Source: an uncultured Chloroflexia bacterium (GTDB lineage: Bacteria; Chloroflexota; Ktedonobacteria; Ktedonobacterales; JADMIN01). Taken from it: DNA of 32,000 nt. Below, piece after piece: positions 1 to 8,147 of this stretch. Position 1 is the stretch's first letter. Each line of letters begins with the position of its first letter. Location of the stretch: positions 420,001 to 452,000 of the forward strand of contig CAVRAI010000013.1 in assembly GCA_963718915.1 (NCBI GenBank). Direction: 5' to 3'. A program made the translations under genes and the position numbers. Under the pieces are notes generated by a model, which saw nothing but the letters and a program-made list of their open reading frames with translations, had not been told where the DNA came from and searched no databases.

Positions 1-437
1 CTAGCAGCTCGTCGAGGGATGGCGGCGGCGATGGCGCGCGCCGAGCCAAAGCGCTTGATGAGCGCCTTCTTGCGCTTCGGCCCGATGCCCGGAATATCAT
101 CCAGCACCGATTTGAACGTGCGTTTCGAGCGCACCTGCCGATGGTAGGTGATGGCGAAACGGTGGGCCTCGTCGCGGACGCGCTGGAGCAGATACAGTCC
201 CTGCGAGCCACGCGGCAGCACCAGCGGCTCCGGCTGGCCGACGAGATAAATCTCCTCGTAGGTGCCAATCGCGCCGTGGTTCTCCTTGGCGATGCCAATC
301 ACCGGCACGCCCACCGGCAACTCCGCGATCACCTCCATCGCCGCGTTCAACTGCGGCTTGCCGCCGTCCACGATCACCAGATCGGGAAGCTGGCTCCATG
401 GGTCGCCCGCCATATCGGCGCTCGCTCCCGGCCTCAT
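1..437 (-). pseudogene. uvrC: 3' portion of uvrC (C-terminal endonuclease and HhH region). It lies in a different reading frame from the 508..1992 ORF and runs off the left edge of the window.
   Basis: My own minus-strand translation reads ...[49 protein letters not shown]...[60 protein letters not shown]. These are canonical UvrC C-terminal motifs (DGGKxQ, RDEAHRFA, IPGIGxKR). It is absent from the ORF track because there is no stop inside the window. The first in-frame ATG is at 437. Confidence 0.8.
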
Positions 438-507
438 CGGGTAGCGTCTCCTGCTCCGGCTCGAACGTCTTCTGCCGTGTCGGAGCCTTCGGCCAACCTC
501 GTCATCG

Positions 508-1992
508 CTACAGCTTCGCGTCCTCGTCATCCGCCTCACTGGCTGGCGCGTCTGTGGCGAAGAGGCGCTTGAAGCGGCGGCGTAGCACCTCTTGCAGGCT
601 GGCGACATCGTTCGAGCCTTCGACCGTCTTGATGCGGAAGCGGCGATAGTCGCTGCTCTTGGGCCGCCCATCCTCCAGCACGACCATCGAGCCAACCGAC
701 GATGTGCCCGAGATATTGGAGATGTCGTAGCACTCGATGCGGTGCGGCGTCGTCGGCAGGTTCAGCGCCTCGCGCAGCTCGTCGAGCGCCAGCGCCGTCT
801 TCTGCGAGTCCGAGAGCCACTTGATGCGCTGCTGCTCCAGCACCTCGCGCGCGTTCTGCGCCACCATCTCCACCAGCCGCAGCTTCTCGCCGCGCTGTGG
901 CACGATCAGCGTCACCGCGCCGCCGCGCTTCTGCCGCAGCCACTGCCGCAGCGCCTCGGCGTCATCCGGCTCGGCGGCCAGCACCAGCTCGCCGGGAATA
1001 TGCGGCGCGGTATCGTAGAACTGCTGCAGGAACGACGACATGATCTCGCTCGTGGGCGTCTCGCGCGTGCCCTGCAAGATGAAATATTCGCGCCCGACCA
1101 GCTTGCCGCCGCGGAAGAAGAAGACCTGCGCGCAGGTCTCGTCGTCGCCATCGGCCAGCGCCACCACATCCTGGTCGCCGGGGCCGGTCGTGTGGATGAT
1201 CTTCTGCTTCTCCAGCACCTGCTCCACCGCCTGCATGCGGTCGCGCAAGGACGCCGCCCGCTCGAACTCCAGGTTTTCCGCCGCCTCCTCCATCTGGCGG
1301 CGTAGGTCAGCCAGCACCGCCTCGTGCTTGCCTTCGAGGAAGAGCAGCACCTGCTCGATGACCGCGTCGTACTGCTCGCGCGAGACATTGCCCACACACG
1401 GCGCGCCACAGCGATGGATGAAATACTGCGTGCAGGGGCGCGGCAGGTACTTCAGTTTCCACTCCGGCGGCGGATTCTCCTCACGGCCTCGCGGCGGCGC
1501 CCAGGTCGCGCCATCGTAGCGGCAGGTGCGGAAGGGGAAGATTTTGTTCATCAGGTCGAGAGTAGCGTCCACATTGCCTGAGTTCGTATACGGGCCGAAG
1601 TAGCGGTTGCCGTCGCGCCGGAAGTTGCGGACGCGATAGACGCGCGGGAAATCTTCGGTCAGCGCAACCTTGATGTACGGATAGTTCTTGTCGTCGCGCA
1701 GACGCACGTTGTATTTGGGCTGATAGCGCTTGATGTACTCGTTTTCGAGAATCAGCGCCTCAACCTCGCTGCCCACGACGATGTATTCGATATCGGCAAT
1801 CTTGGCGACGAGCGCGCGATTCTTCGGACTCAGATCAGCGGGATCACCAAAATATGAGCGCACCCGTGAGTAGAGCGAGGTCGCCTTGCCCACGTAAAGC
1901 ACCGTGCCCTCGGCATCCTTGTGCAGATAGATGCCGGGCTTGTGCGGCAGCGACTTGAGAACTGCCTGGAGCGTCTCGGAGAGTTCGGGCAT
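508..1992 (-). CDS. uvrC: Excinuclease ABC subunit C, N-terminal roughly 80% (GIY-YIG nuclease, UVR domain, start of the C-terminal endonuclease domain), ending prematurely at TAG 510..508.
   Basis: GIY-YIG signature [29 protein letters not shown]; UVR-domain-like [17 protein letters not shown]; [12 protein letters not shown] prefer the ATG at 1992 ([16 protein letters not shown]), preceded by GGGTGG, over the track GTG at 2004. Confidence 0.93.
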   Translation of the reverse strand: MPELSETLQAVLKSLPHKPGIYLHKDAEGTVLYVGKATSLYSRVRSYFGDPADLSPKNRALVAKIADIEYIVVGSEVEALILENEYIKRYQPKYNVRLRDDKNYPYIKVALTEDFPRVYRVRNFRRDGNRYFGPYTNSGNVDATLDLMNKIFPFRTCRYDGATWAPPRGREENPPPEWKLKYLPRPCTQYFIHRCGAPCVGNVSREQYDAVIEQVLLFLEGKHEAVLADLRRQMEEAAENLEFERAASLRDRMQAVEQVLEKQKIIHTTGPGDQDVVALADGDDETCAQVFFFRGGKLVGREYFILQGTRETPTSEIMSSFLQQFYDTAPHIPGELVLAAEPDDAEALRQWLRQKRGGAVTLIVPQRGEKLRLVEMVAQNAREVLEQQRIKWLSDSQKTALALDELREALNLPTTPHRIECYDISNISGTSSVGSMVVLEDGRPKSSDYRRFRIKTVEGSNDVASLQEVLRRRFKRLFATDAPASEADDEDAKL

Positions 1993-2044
1993 CCTTAAAA
2001 CCACCCTGATACATGAAGGATTTGCGCGCGAGTGGGCTAAATTG

Positions 2045-2073
2045 TTGACCCCTCAGCCGTACCAGCGTATTAT
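2045..2073 (+). promoter_or_regulatory. Sigma-70-like promoter candidate for the PPIase gene
   Basis: TTGACC (2045-2050), a 17-nt spacer, then TATTAT (2068-2073), about 140 nt upstream of the ATG at 2212. Confidence 0.55.
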
Positions 2074-2211
2074 ATCCTACAGCCCAGTTGGGCATCAGCA
2101 AATAAACGACGCGCGCGAGAGCCCCCCAATCTCAACGCGCATGCGGCTGGCGAATGATCAGACGCCCGGACTCTCGGGCGAAGGAAGCGCCCGCAAAGGG
2201 AGTACGTATTT

Positions 2212-3105
2212 ATGCCGAAGACAGCGAGCAAGCGCGCGCAGGCGCGCAAGATGGCACGGGTCGCCCGCGCGCATACGGTTGCGCCAGAGCGGCCTGTCGT
2301 CCGTCGAACACCGTCTGCGAAGCGCAAAAGCTCGAAGCCACGTGGATTCGCGGCGTTCGTGAGCAATTATCCCTGGGCTACCACGCTCTTCAGCCTGGTG
2401 GTCGTGGCGGCGATTGTGTTGATCCTGCGCCAGGGGCAGGTTGGCCCATTTGCCCCAAAGCCCAAAGCGACACCCGCCCCGGTCGCGCAGGCGACCTGTG
2501 ACCTCAAGACGCACAAGTGCGACAAAGCGCCGGTCATGACAATTGATAAGAACGCTACCTATACCGCCACGATCAAGACGGCAAAGGGCGATATCGTTCT
2601 CCAGCTCGACGCCAAAAACGCGCCCATCGCGGTCAATAACTTCGTCTTCTTGGCGCAGTCGAAGTGGTACGATGGCACGTACTTCTGGCGCGTCGAGGTG
2701 CCCGGCAAGCCCAGCCCAATCGACCCCACAGGCGCGCCGTCGCAGCTTTCGCTGATCCAGGGCGGCTCGGTCGCCAATGATGGCACTGATGGCTCGGACA
2801 TTCCTGGCTATACCATCCAAGATCAAAACCCGATACCGTCAGACTACTCCCCAGGGACTGTGGCCATGGCTGAAGGACAGAACCCAAACACCGCCAGCTC
2901 ACAGTTCTTCATCAATATCGCCGATGAGTCCAATCTCATTGGGAAGTCCTATGTGACCTTCGCCAAGGTGACGTCAGGTATGGATGTGGTGAAGAAGATT
3001 ACCGCTGGCGATAAGATTGAGACAATCACGATCACTGTTCAGAAGCCGACCACCGCTACGCCGGGCAATGGCACGCCGAGTTCGACCGCAACCGCGAAGC
3101 CGTAG
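2212..3105 (+). CDS. Cyclophilin-type peptidyl-prolyl cis-trans isomerase with a basic N-terminal tail and one TM anchor
   Basis: Cyclophilin motifs GDIVLQLDAKNAPIAVNNFVFLA, YDGTYFWRV, GTVAMAEGQNPNTASSQFFINI, YVTFAKVTSGMDVVKKI. Hydrophobic segment TTLFSLVVVAAIVLIL. Confidence 0.9.
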   Translation: MPKTASKRAQARKMARVARAHTVAPERPVVRRTPSAKRKSSKPRGFAAFVSNYPWATTLFSLVVVAAIVLILRQGQVGPFAPKPKATPAPVAQATCDLKTHKCDKAPVMTIDKNATYTATIKTAKGDIVLQLDAKNAPIAVNNFVFLAQSKWYDGTYFWRVEVPGKPSPIDPTGAPSQLSLIQGGSVANDGTDGSDIPGYTIQDQNPIPSDYSPGTVAMAEGQNPNTASSQFFINIADESNLIGKSYVTFAKVTSGMDVVKKITAGDKIETITITVQKPTTATPGNGTPSSTATAKP

Positions 3106-3121
3106 CAGACCTCTCCCCCTA

Positions 3122-3146
3122 CCCCCTCCCCGGCGCGGGGAGGGGG
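3122..3146. terminator. GC-rich hairpin between convergent genes (possible bidirectional terminator)
   Basis: The arm ccccctcccc(g) at 3122-3132 pairs with (c)ggggaggggg at 3136-3146, with a 3-nt loop. It lies between the PPIase stop (3105) and the lipoprotein stop (3188). There is no clear U-tract. Confidence 0.45.
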
Positions 3147-3187
3147 AAACCCTGCCTCATCGGTTAATCGCCTGCCTTGATTTGGTG

Positions 3188-4393
3188 TCAGGGAAGGGTG
3201 TTGGTATCGATGACCAGCATCACATGGTGATAGGGCAGACCCTGATGTTGGGCATCCATGTCCGCCTGCGTGATATTCGGGGTTGCCACCAGATAATGGC
3301 TGCTGATAAAGCCGCTCAGCCCATTCACGCCAATCGCGATCTTCACCGGGCGCTGTAGCTTCCGGTCGAACACCAGCCAGGCGTTGGGTCCTACCCAGGT
3401 GATCAAGCGATCGTTCATGGTGGGAAACTCGTCGAACGTGCTCCCATCCGTCTGTCTGTCCTCGATCACATACGAACTCATCGGTTGTGCCAGAATCGAG
3501 GGTACCAGCGTGACCTGCGAGTAATCGCTATTGGTATAGACATACGACGTCCCGGCAAACGCTACGGTGGTCGGAGCATAGCTCATTGGCAGACTCATGT
3601 GCTGCCCGGTTTCTAGATTTTCAAAGACGACCGCACTCGCATCCCCGTCTCCCCAGGAGACCCACGGCCAGGAAATTCGCGGACCACCTGTGAGCGGAGC
3701 GAGGACCGTTTTCTTGCCTGTGGCAAAGGTATACATCTCAGATTGGGTCTTCCCAGGCGTGTCTTGCGAGTAGGTGGTCCAGACGACGCGGCCATTGCTG
3801 GCATCTGGCTCTGGTTGGATGGAGACCCAGGGCTGTTGCCCATTTGGCGCGTGGCCCTGATCGAGCAGAATTGTCTTCCCGGTCTGCCGGTTGAACGCTT
3901 TGATGACCCAGTGCGCGGCAGCGCTTGCAATGTTACTGCCAGGCGTTTGCGTCCAGATCACCCAGGATCCGGTGACCGTACATGCCACCTGGTAATAGCC
4001 TGCCGGCATCGTGGCGAACAGGGCGATGTGGCCGGTATGCAAGTCCATCATCCCAACCGACTCGATAACCTTGGACAGGTCCACAGATTGAGTTCGCATG
4101 AGCCACGTGCTCCCACAGACCTTACCATCATCAGTAATGCCATCAAACTCCGCGCCTACAGGAGCGAAGTACCGATCACCCATGTCGAGCGAGAACTGGC
4201 TCATCTTTATATTTCCCCACGCCTGCTGCATCGATAACGGGGTCAGGTTCACCGTGAAGGGCGTTGGCGTGGGGGGCGACATCGTTGCCGTGGGAGACGC
4301 CTTGGCGTGTGTACCCCCGGTTTGCCCACCGGAGCAACTGCTCAGCAGCAAGGCGACGCACACCAGCAGGTAAGCTTTCCAGTGTTTCATCAT
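3188..4393 (-). CDS. Hypothetical secreted lipoprotein, probably beta-propeller-like
   Basis: Signal peptide with lipobox (MMKHWKAYLLVCVALLLSSC). Repeated W-rich strand-like segments (WVIWTQTPGS, GRVVWTTYSQD, ISWPWVSWGDGD). I prefer the ATG at 4393 to the track TTG at 4405. No family recognised. Confidence 0.6.
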   Translation of the reverse strand: MMKHWKAYLLVCVALLLSSCSGGQTGGTHAKASPTATMSPPTPTPFTVNLTPLSMQQAWGNIKMSQFSLDMGDRYFAPVGAEFDGITDDGKVCGSTWLMRTQSVDLSKVIESVGMMDLHTGHIALFATMPAGYYQVACTVTGSWVIWTQTPGSNIASAAAHWVIKAFNRQTGKTILLDQGHAPNGQQPWVSIQPEPDASNGRVVWTTYSQDTPGKTQSEMYTFATGKKTVLAPLTGGPRISWPWVSWGDGDASAVVFENLETGQHMSLPMSYAPTTVAFAGTSYVYTNSDYSQVTLVPSILAQPMSSYVIEDRQTDGSTFDEFPTMNDRLITWVGPNAWLVFDRKLQRPVKIAIGVNGLSGFISSHYLVATPNITQADMDAQHQGLPYHHVMLVIDTNTLP

Positions 4394-4408
4394 GTGAACC
4401 CGCAATCC

Positions 4409-4918
4409 TCACGTTTCAGGACTCTCGCGCTCCGTGCGTGCAACGGCGACACGGTTCCCCGCCCACAACCAGCCGTACCCGAACAGCAGCCCCCAAAAAC
4501 CCAGTTCGGGTCCCCCACTAAAAAACGAAGCCAGGAACAAGGCAACGAGCAGCAGGAGGACGAGCGCGATGCTCCCTGTCAGCCACACGCGATGACTCCA
4601 TGTCACGAAGGCGCGTTGTGGCCGCACGAGAAAGCCGAGGAGACATCCCACGACCATCACCGCCGCGAGCAGCGGCAGATAACACAGCACGAGGATGAAT
4701 ACATTGATGACCGGAGAGGATGGGAGATTCGCCAGGAAGGTCAGGGAAAACATCCACGCCGTGGCGTAGAGTTTGGGCTGAGCACAGGAGTCAACGCATG
4801 ATACGACATAGAGGGGCGGCAGGAAAAAGGAAATAACTAACATCAGGAGGCCCAGAGCCGACAGCTCACATCCCGTCAAGGCAGGCAGAACATGCTGTCG
4901 GCGCACTCCCATAGTCAT
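4409..4918 (-). CDS. Hypothetical integral membrane protein (4-5 TM segments), probably co-transcribed with the lipoprotein gene
   Basis: Hydrophobic segments throughout. The ATG at 4918 (MTMGVRR) is preceded by GGAGG at 8-nt spacing and a TATAAT box. The stop lies a few nt (3-15, depending on the start chosen) upstream of the next gene start. Confidence 0.55.
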   Translation of the reverse strand: MTMGVRRQHVLPALTGCELSALGLLMLVISFFLPPLYVVSCVDSCAQPKLYATAWMFSLTFLANLPSSPVINVFILVLCYLPLLAAVMVVGCLLGFLVRPQRAFVTWSHRVWLTGSIALVLLLLVALFLASFFSGGPELGFWGLLFGYGWLWAGNRVAVARTERESPET

Positions 4919-5113
4919 GTTGCTCGCCTCCAGATTATAGAACATTGCGCAGGCGATGCACCTGGTGGTTCTGCGGGGGCTTCGCTCCTTGTGTTCACTT
5001 GCTGATGAGATTGATTATGGCTAGAGAATGCAGCCTTCTCGCTGAATTGTCAATGTGCCAATTTAACCAGGAATGACAGGTAACATTACGTATCTCGAAT
5101 AACAGAACAGCAT

Positions 5114-5147
5114 CCTTCTCCCTCGATTACCACGACGAGAGAGAAGG
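5114..5147 (-). terminator. Probable intrinsic terminator of argS
   Basis: A 12-bp stem (11/12 paired): ccttctccctcg at 5114-5125 against cgagagagaagg at 5136-5147, with a 10-nt loop. It starts 34 nt downstream of the argS stop. On the minus strand it is followed by the U-rich sequence gaugcuguucuguuauu. Confidence 0.5.
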
Positions 5148-5180
5148 GTGGTCAAAATGCAAACAGGGGAGATGCAACAC

Positions 5181-7088
5181 CTACGCCTCGGGAGCCTCGC
5201 GCTCCATCCGCTCTGGCGCGCTCATACCGATGAGCGTAAGCGCCCGCGCCAGCGCCGCCTGACCCGCGCGCAACAGCCGCAGCCGCGCCATCCGCACCTC
5301 GGTCGCGATGTCTGTGCCCTGCTTGAGGATCGGGCAGCGGTCGTAATAGAGATGGAAGGCGTCGGCCAGGTCCATCGCGTAGCGCGTCAGATGGTGCGGC
5401 TCCATCGTCGTCGCGACCCGCTCGACGATCTCCTCCATCCGCAGAATCTGACGGATCAGCGCCAGCTCGTAGGTCAGCTGCTCCGGTGGGTCAGCAGCCA
5501 GCGCCAAGACGTTTGCGTCGCCGTAATGCTCCTCAGTGATGCTCTGGTCTGCCGCCTTGCGTAGCACACCCGCCGCCCGCGCGTGGGCATACTGCACCGA
5601 GAGACCAGGATTCTCGTCGGTCTGTTTGCGCGCGAGGTTGAGGTCGAATTCGAGCGGTGTGTCGTTTGAGCGCATCAGATAAAAGAAGCGCGTCACATCC
5701 GGCCCGATGTCCTCGTATAGCTCGTCCAGCGTGACCGCGTTGCCGAGCCGTTTGCCCATCTTGACGCCCTTGCCATCCACCTTCAGCGTGACCTGCTGGT
5801 TGAGCACGACATGCGCGCTCTCCGCGGGATGACCCAGCGACTGCGCGATGCTCTTGAGCCGCGCGATATAGCCATGGTGGTCGGCGCCGAGGACAAAGAG
5901 CAACTTATCGAAGCCGCGCGTAAACTTGTTGCGCATATAGGCGACATCCGAGGCGAAATACGTCGGCAAACCGTTTGAGCGCAGCACCACCCGATCCAGA
6001 TCGTCGCCAAAGTCGGTCGTGCGCACCCAGAGCGCGCCGTCCTTTTCGTAGGTATGCTCCCCCGCGCGCAGGTCGGCGATGCCCTGCTCCAGCTCGCCGC
6101 TTGAGCCTAGCGACGCCTCGTTAAACCAGACGTCGAACTCGACGCGCATCTTCTGCAACGTCTGCTTGATGTCCTCGATAATGAAGTCAGAGGCGGCGCG
6201 ACCGATCGCCGCCCGCCGCTTCTCCACGTCCGGCTCGTCGAGCAGCGACGCCCCACCAGTCGCAACCATACGCTCGGCCAGCGCCTCATAGAACGGGGCA
6301 AAGTAGCCCTCTTTCCTCGCTGGGGCGCTCTCGCTCTGCATTTCCGCTGTGTCGTCGTGCGGCGTCTCCTCATCGTCGGCGCCCTGCTCGTCGGCTTCCG
6401 CGTCATCTTTGTGGCCATAGACGCGCTTCTTTTTCGCCTGTACCTCCGGCAGCGACGCATGCACAACCTCGGCCTCTGCCGTCTTGCCCTGCGCCAGCAG
6501 CAGATAATACTCCATCGAGCCGCCGAGCCGGTTGATCTGGCCACCGGCGTTATTGAAGTAATACTCTCTGGTCACTTCATAGCCCGCGGCGCTCAGCACG
6601 CTGGCGAGCGCATCGCCGATGAACGCGCCCCGGCCGTTGCCGACGGTGACCGGGCCAGTAGGATTGGCGCTGACGAACTCGACGTTGACCCGCTGCCCCG
6701 CGCCAAGCTCGATACAGCCGAGCGTATTGCCCGCCGCAAGGATCGCCTCCGTCTGGCGCAGCAGCCAGCTATTTGTCAGGCGCACGTTGATGAAACCTGG
6801 CCCCGCGACCTCCACAGAATCGATCAGGTCATAGGCGGGCACGACCGCCACCGTCTCGCGAGTACGTGTGGCAATTGTCTCCGCCAGGGCGCGTGGGTTC
6901 GCCTTCGCGCCACTCGCGCGTACCGCCGCTGCCAGCTTCATGGCGACGTTGGTCGCGTAATCGCCAAAGACTGGGTTCTGCGCCCGCTCGACCTCGAACG
7001 GCGGTATTTCTACCGCTGGCAGCTCACCTGCCTCCTGAAGCGCGGCGACCGACCGGGTGATGACCTCTGCCACCAGATCGCGGATCAC
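5181..7088 (-). CDS. argS: Arginine--tRNA ligase (arginyl-tRNA synthetase)
   Basis: Motifs VEFVSANPTGPVTVGNGRGAFIGD, YYFNNAGGQI, GADHHGYIARLK, VKMGKRLGNAVTLDEL, and the DALR-type anticodon-binding C-terminus (QYAHARAAGVLRKA ... HHLTRYAMDLADAFHLYY). I place the start at GTG 7088 (VIRDLVAEV), preceded by GAGAGGAG at 8-nt spacing. The 147-aa upstream extension in the track is Arg/Ser/Cys-rich junk. Confidence 0.93.
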   Translation of the reverse strand: MIRDLVAEVITRSVAALQEAGELPAVEIPPFEVERAQNPVFGDYATNVAMKLAAAVRASGAKANPRALAETIATRTRETVAVVPAYDLIDSVEVAGPGFINVRLTNSWLLRQTEAILAAGNTLGCIELGAGQRVNVEFVSANPTGPVTVGNGRGAFIGDALASVLSAAGYEVTREYYFNNAGGQINRLGGSMEYYLLLAQGKTAEAEVVHASLPEVQAKKKRVYGHKDDAEADEQGADDEETPHDDTAEMQSESAPARKEGYFAPFYEALAERMVATGGASLLDEPDVEKRRAAIGRAASDFIIEDIKQTLQKMRVEFDVWFNEASLGSSGELEQGIADLRAGEHTYEKDGALWVRTTDFGDDLDRVVLRSNGLPTYFASDVAYMRNKFTRGFDKLLFVLGADHHGYIARLKSIAQSLGHPAESAHVVLNQQVTLKVDGKGVKMGKRLGNAVTLDELYEDIGPDVTRFFYLMRSNDTPLEFDLNLARKQTDENPGLSVQYAHARAAGVLRKAADQSITEEHYGDANVLALAADPPEQLTYELALIRQILRMEEIVERVATTMEPHHLTRYAMDLADAFHLYYDRCPILKQGTDIATEVRMARLRLLRAGQAALARALTLIGMSAPERMEREAPEA

Positions 7089-7281
7089 GATAACGACTCC
7101 TCTCAACTCAACATCGATGAAAGATGATGACAAAACTCTCTGGCCGTCCTGAAACAGCGCTGAGGGCGAGCCAGAAGACTGCTCTCTGAGCAGATCCTCG
7201 AGCATCGCCCTCGTCGTTGGCTGCGTTGCCGATGGAGCGGCGCATGGCAATAAGGTGCTGCGCGCGTCTCCAGCAACCCTA

Positions 7282-7947
7282 TTATCGCACTTTGCTACGT
7301 CTCTTGGCATCGACCAGATAGCTAATAACCTGTTCGAGCGTGGCAATCTCGTCAAACGAGCTATCTGTCGCCACGACGACCTCGGTATTCGTGCGCGTAT
7401 CCATGAATGCGAGCACCGGAGCGCTCTTCGGCTGGCGCGGCGAGTAGAAGTTACCCGCGACGCGCGACATACGCTTCCACGGCGACATATTCGCGAAATC
7501 GGCCTCGCGCATGGCATCGTAGGGCGCATTTACCTTCACGCCGCGCATCGTAACGTGCGCGATGTCTTCTATCGGCACATGCGTCTGCTTGGCGCGTGGC
7601 CCGACGCGCAGATAATCGTCCGGAGTGACGACCAGCAGATACTCATTGGCATGCATCATCCGCCAGACATCATAGACGGCAATCCCCAACGAGCCAAATG
7701 CCACTGCCCCGACGAGCGCCAGGACTAATGTAGCAAAGACCGACAGCCCGACACCATGGGTAAAATCGTAGGGAATGGTTGCCAGCATGATTGGCACAAG
7801 GAGGATAAAGCCCACCAGGGCGCATGCGCCCCATCCCAGTACCGACCGGCGCACCCGCTCAACGTGCAGCGGCCAGACATTCCAGCTATCTGGCACATTA
7901 TTGGAACGCGCTGTCTCCAGTATTGCCTGGGCATCCATATTCGCCAT
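7282..7947 (-). CDS. Hypothetical membrane protein (2 TM segments plus a cytoplasmic PH-like domain?)
   Basis: Two hydrophobic helices (GACALVGFILLVPIMLATI; LSVFATLVLALVGAVAFGSLGIAV), followed by YLLVVTPDDYLRVGP...HVPIEDIAHV, which resembles bacterial PH-domain membrane proteins. GGGAGG lies upstream of the ATG. Confidence 0.55.
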   Translation of the reverse strand: MANMDAQAILETARSNNVPDSWNVWPLHVERVRRSVLGWGACALVGFILLVPIMLATIPYDFTHGVGLSVFATLVLALVGAVAFGSLGIAVYDVWRMMHANEYLLVVTPDDYLRVGPRAKQTHVPIEDIAHVTMRGVKVNAPYDAMREADFANMSPWKRMSRVAGNFYSPRQPKSAPVLAFMDTRTNTEVVVATDSSFDEIATLEQVISYLVDAKRRSKVR

Positions 7948-8096
7948 GTACCTCCCGATGATTCGCGCCTGGTAGCTTTCCTGAGTTTACTGAAACGTGC
8001 CAGAACATCCCGGAACTGCCACCACGTACTGCGGAATTATAGCACAAGAGACGGCAATGAGCCGCATCTTTTCGGCACTGAGCGGGCGTGCCCGTA

Positions 8097-8105
8097 TGGT
8101 ACAAT
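8097..8105 (+). promoter_or_regulatory. Extended -10 promoter candidate (TGgTACAAT) for the helicase-fusion gene
   Basis: tatgGTACAAT at 8097-8105, about 45 nt upstream of the ORF start. No good -35 element. Confidence 0.35.
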
Positions 8106-8147
8106 GGAGGGTGCTGAAGCACGGTTCAGCGCCGCTCAACTACCCAT

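Noticed and set aside
4946-5113. AT-rich 170-nt region between argS and the membrane-protein gene, considered as an sRNA or mobile remnant
   Set aside because: It is adequately explained as the argS terminator plus the promoter region of the downstream gene (TTGACA and TATAAT-like boxes are present but with ambiguous spacing). I saw no repeat or structured-RNA signature.
7089-7281. Possible T-box leader upstream of argS
   Set aside because: I read the minus strand looking for the conserved T-box sequence (GGUGGUACCGCG-like) and a Stem I/specifier architecture. I found only small hairpins, for example ctgctc-aga-gagcag. There is no support.
7089-7529. N-terminal extension of 147 aa on the argS ORF in the six-frame track (782 aa)
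   Set aside because: The extension is Arg/Ser/Cys-rich with no ArgRS similarity, and it overlaps the upstream gene (7282..7947). A GTG at 7088 with a GAGAGGAG RBS starts exactly at the conserved IRDLVAEV N-terminus.
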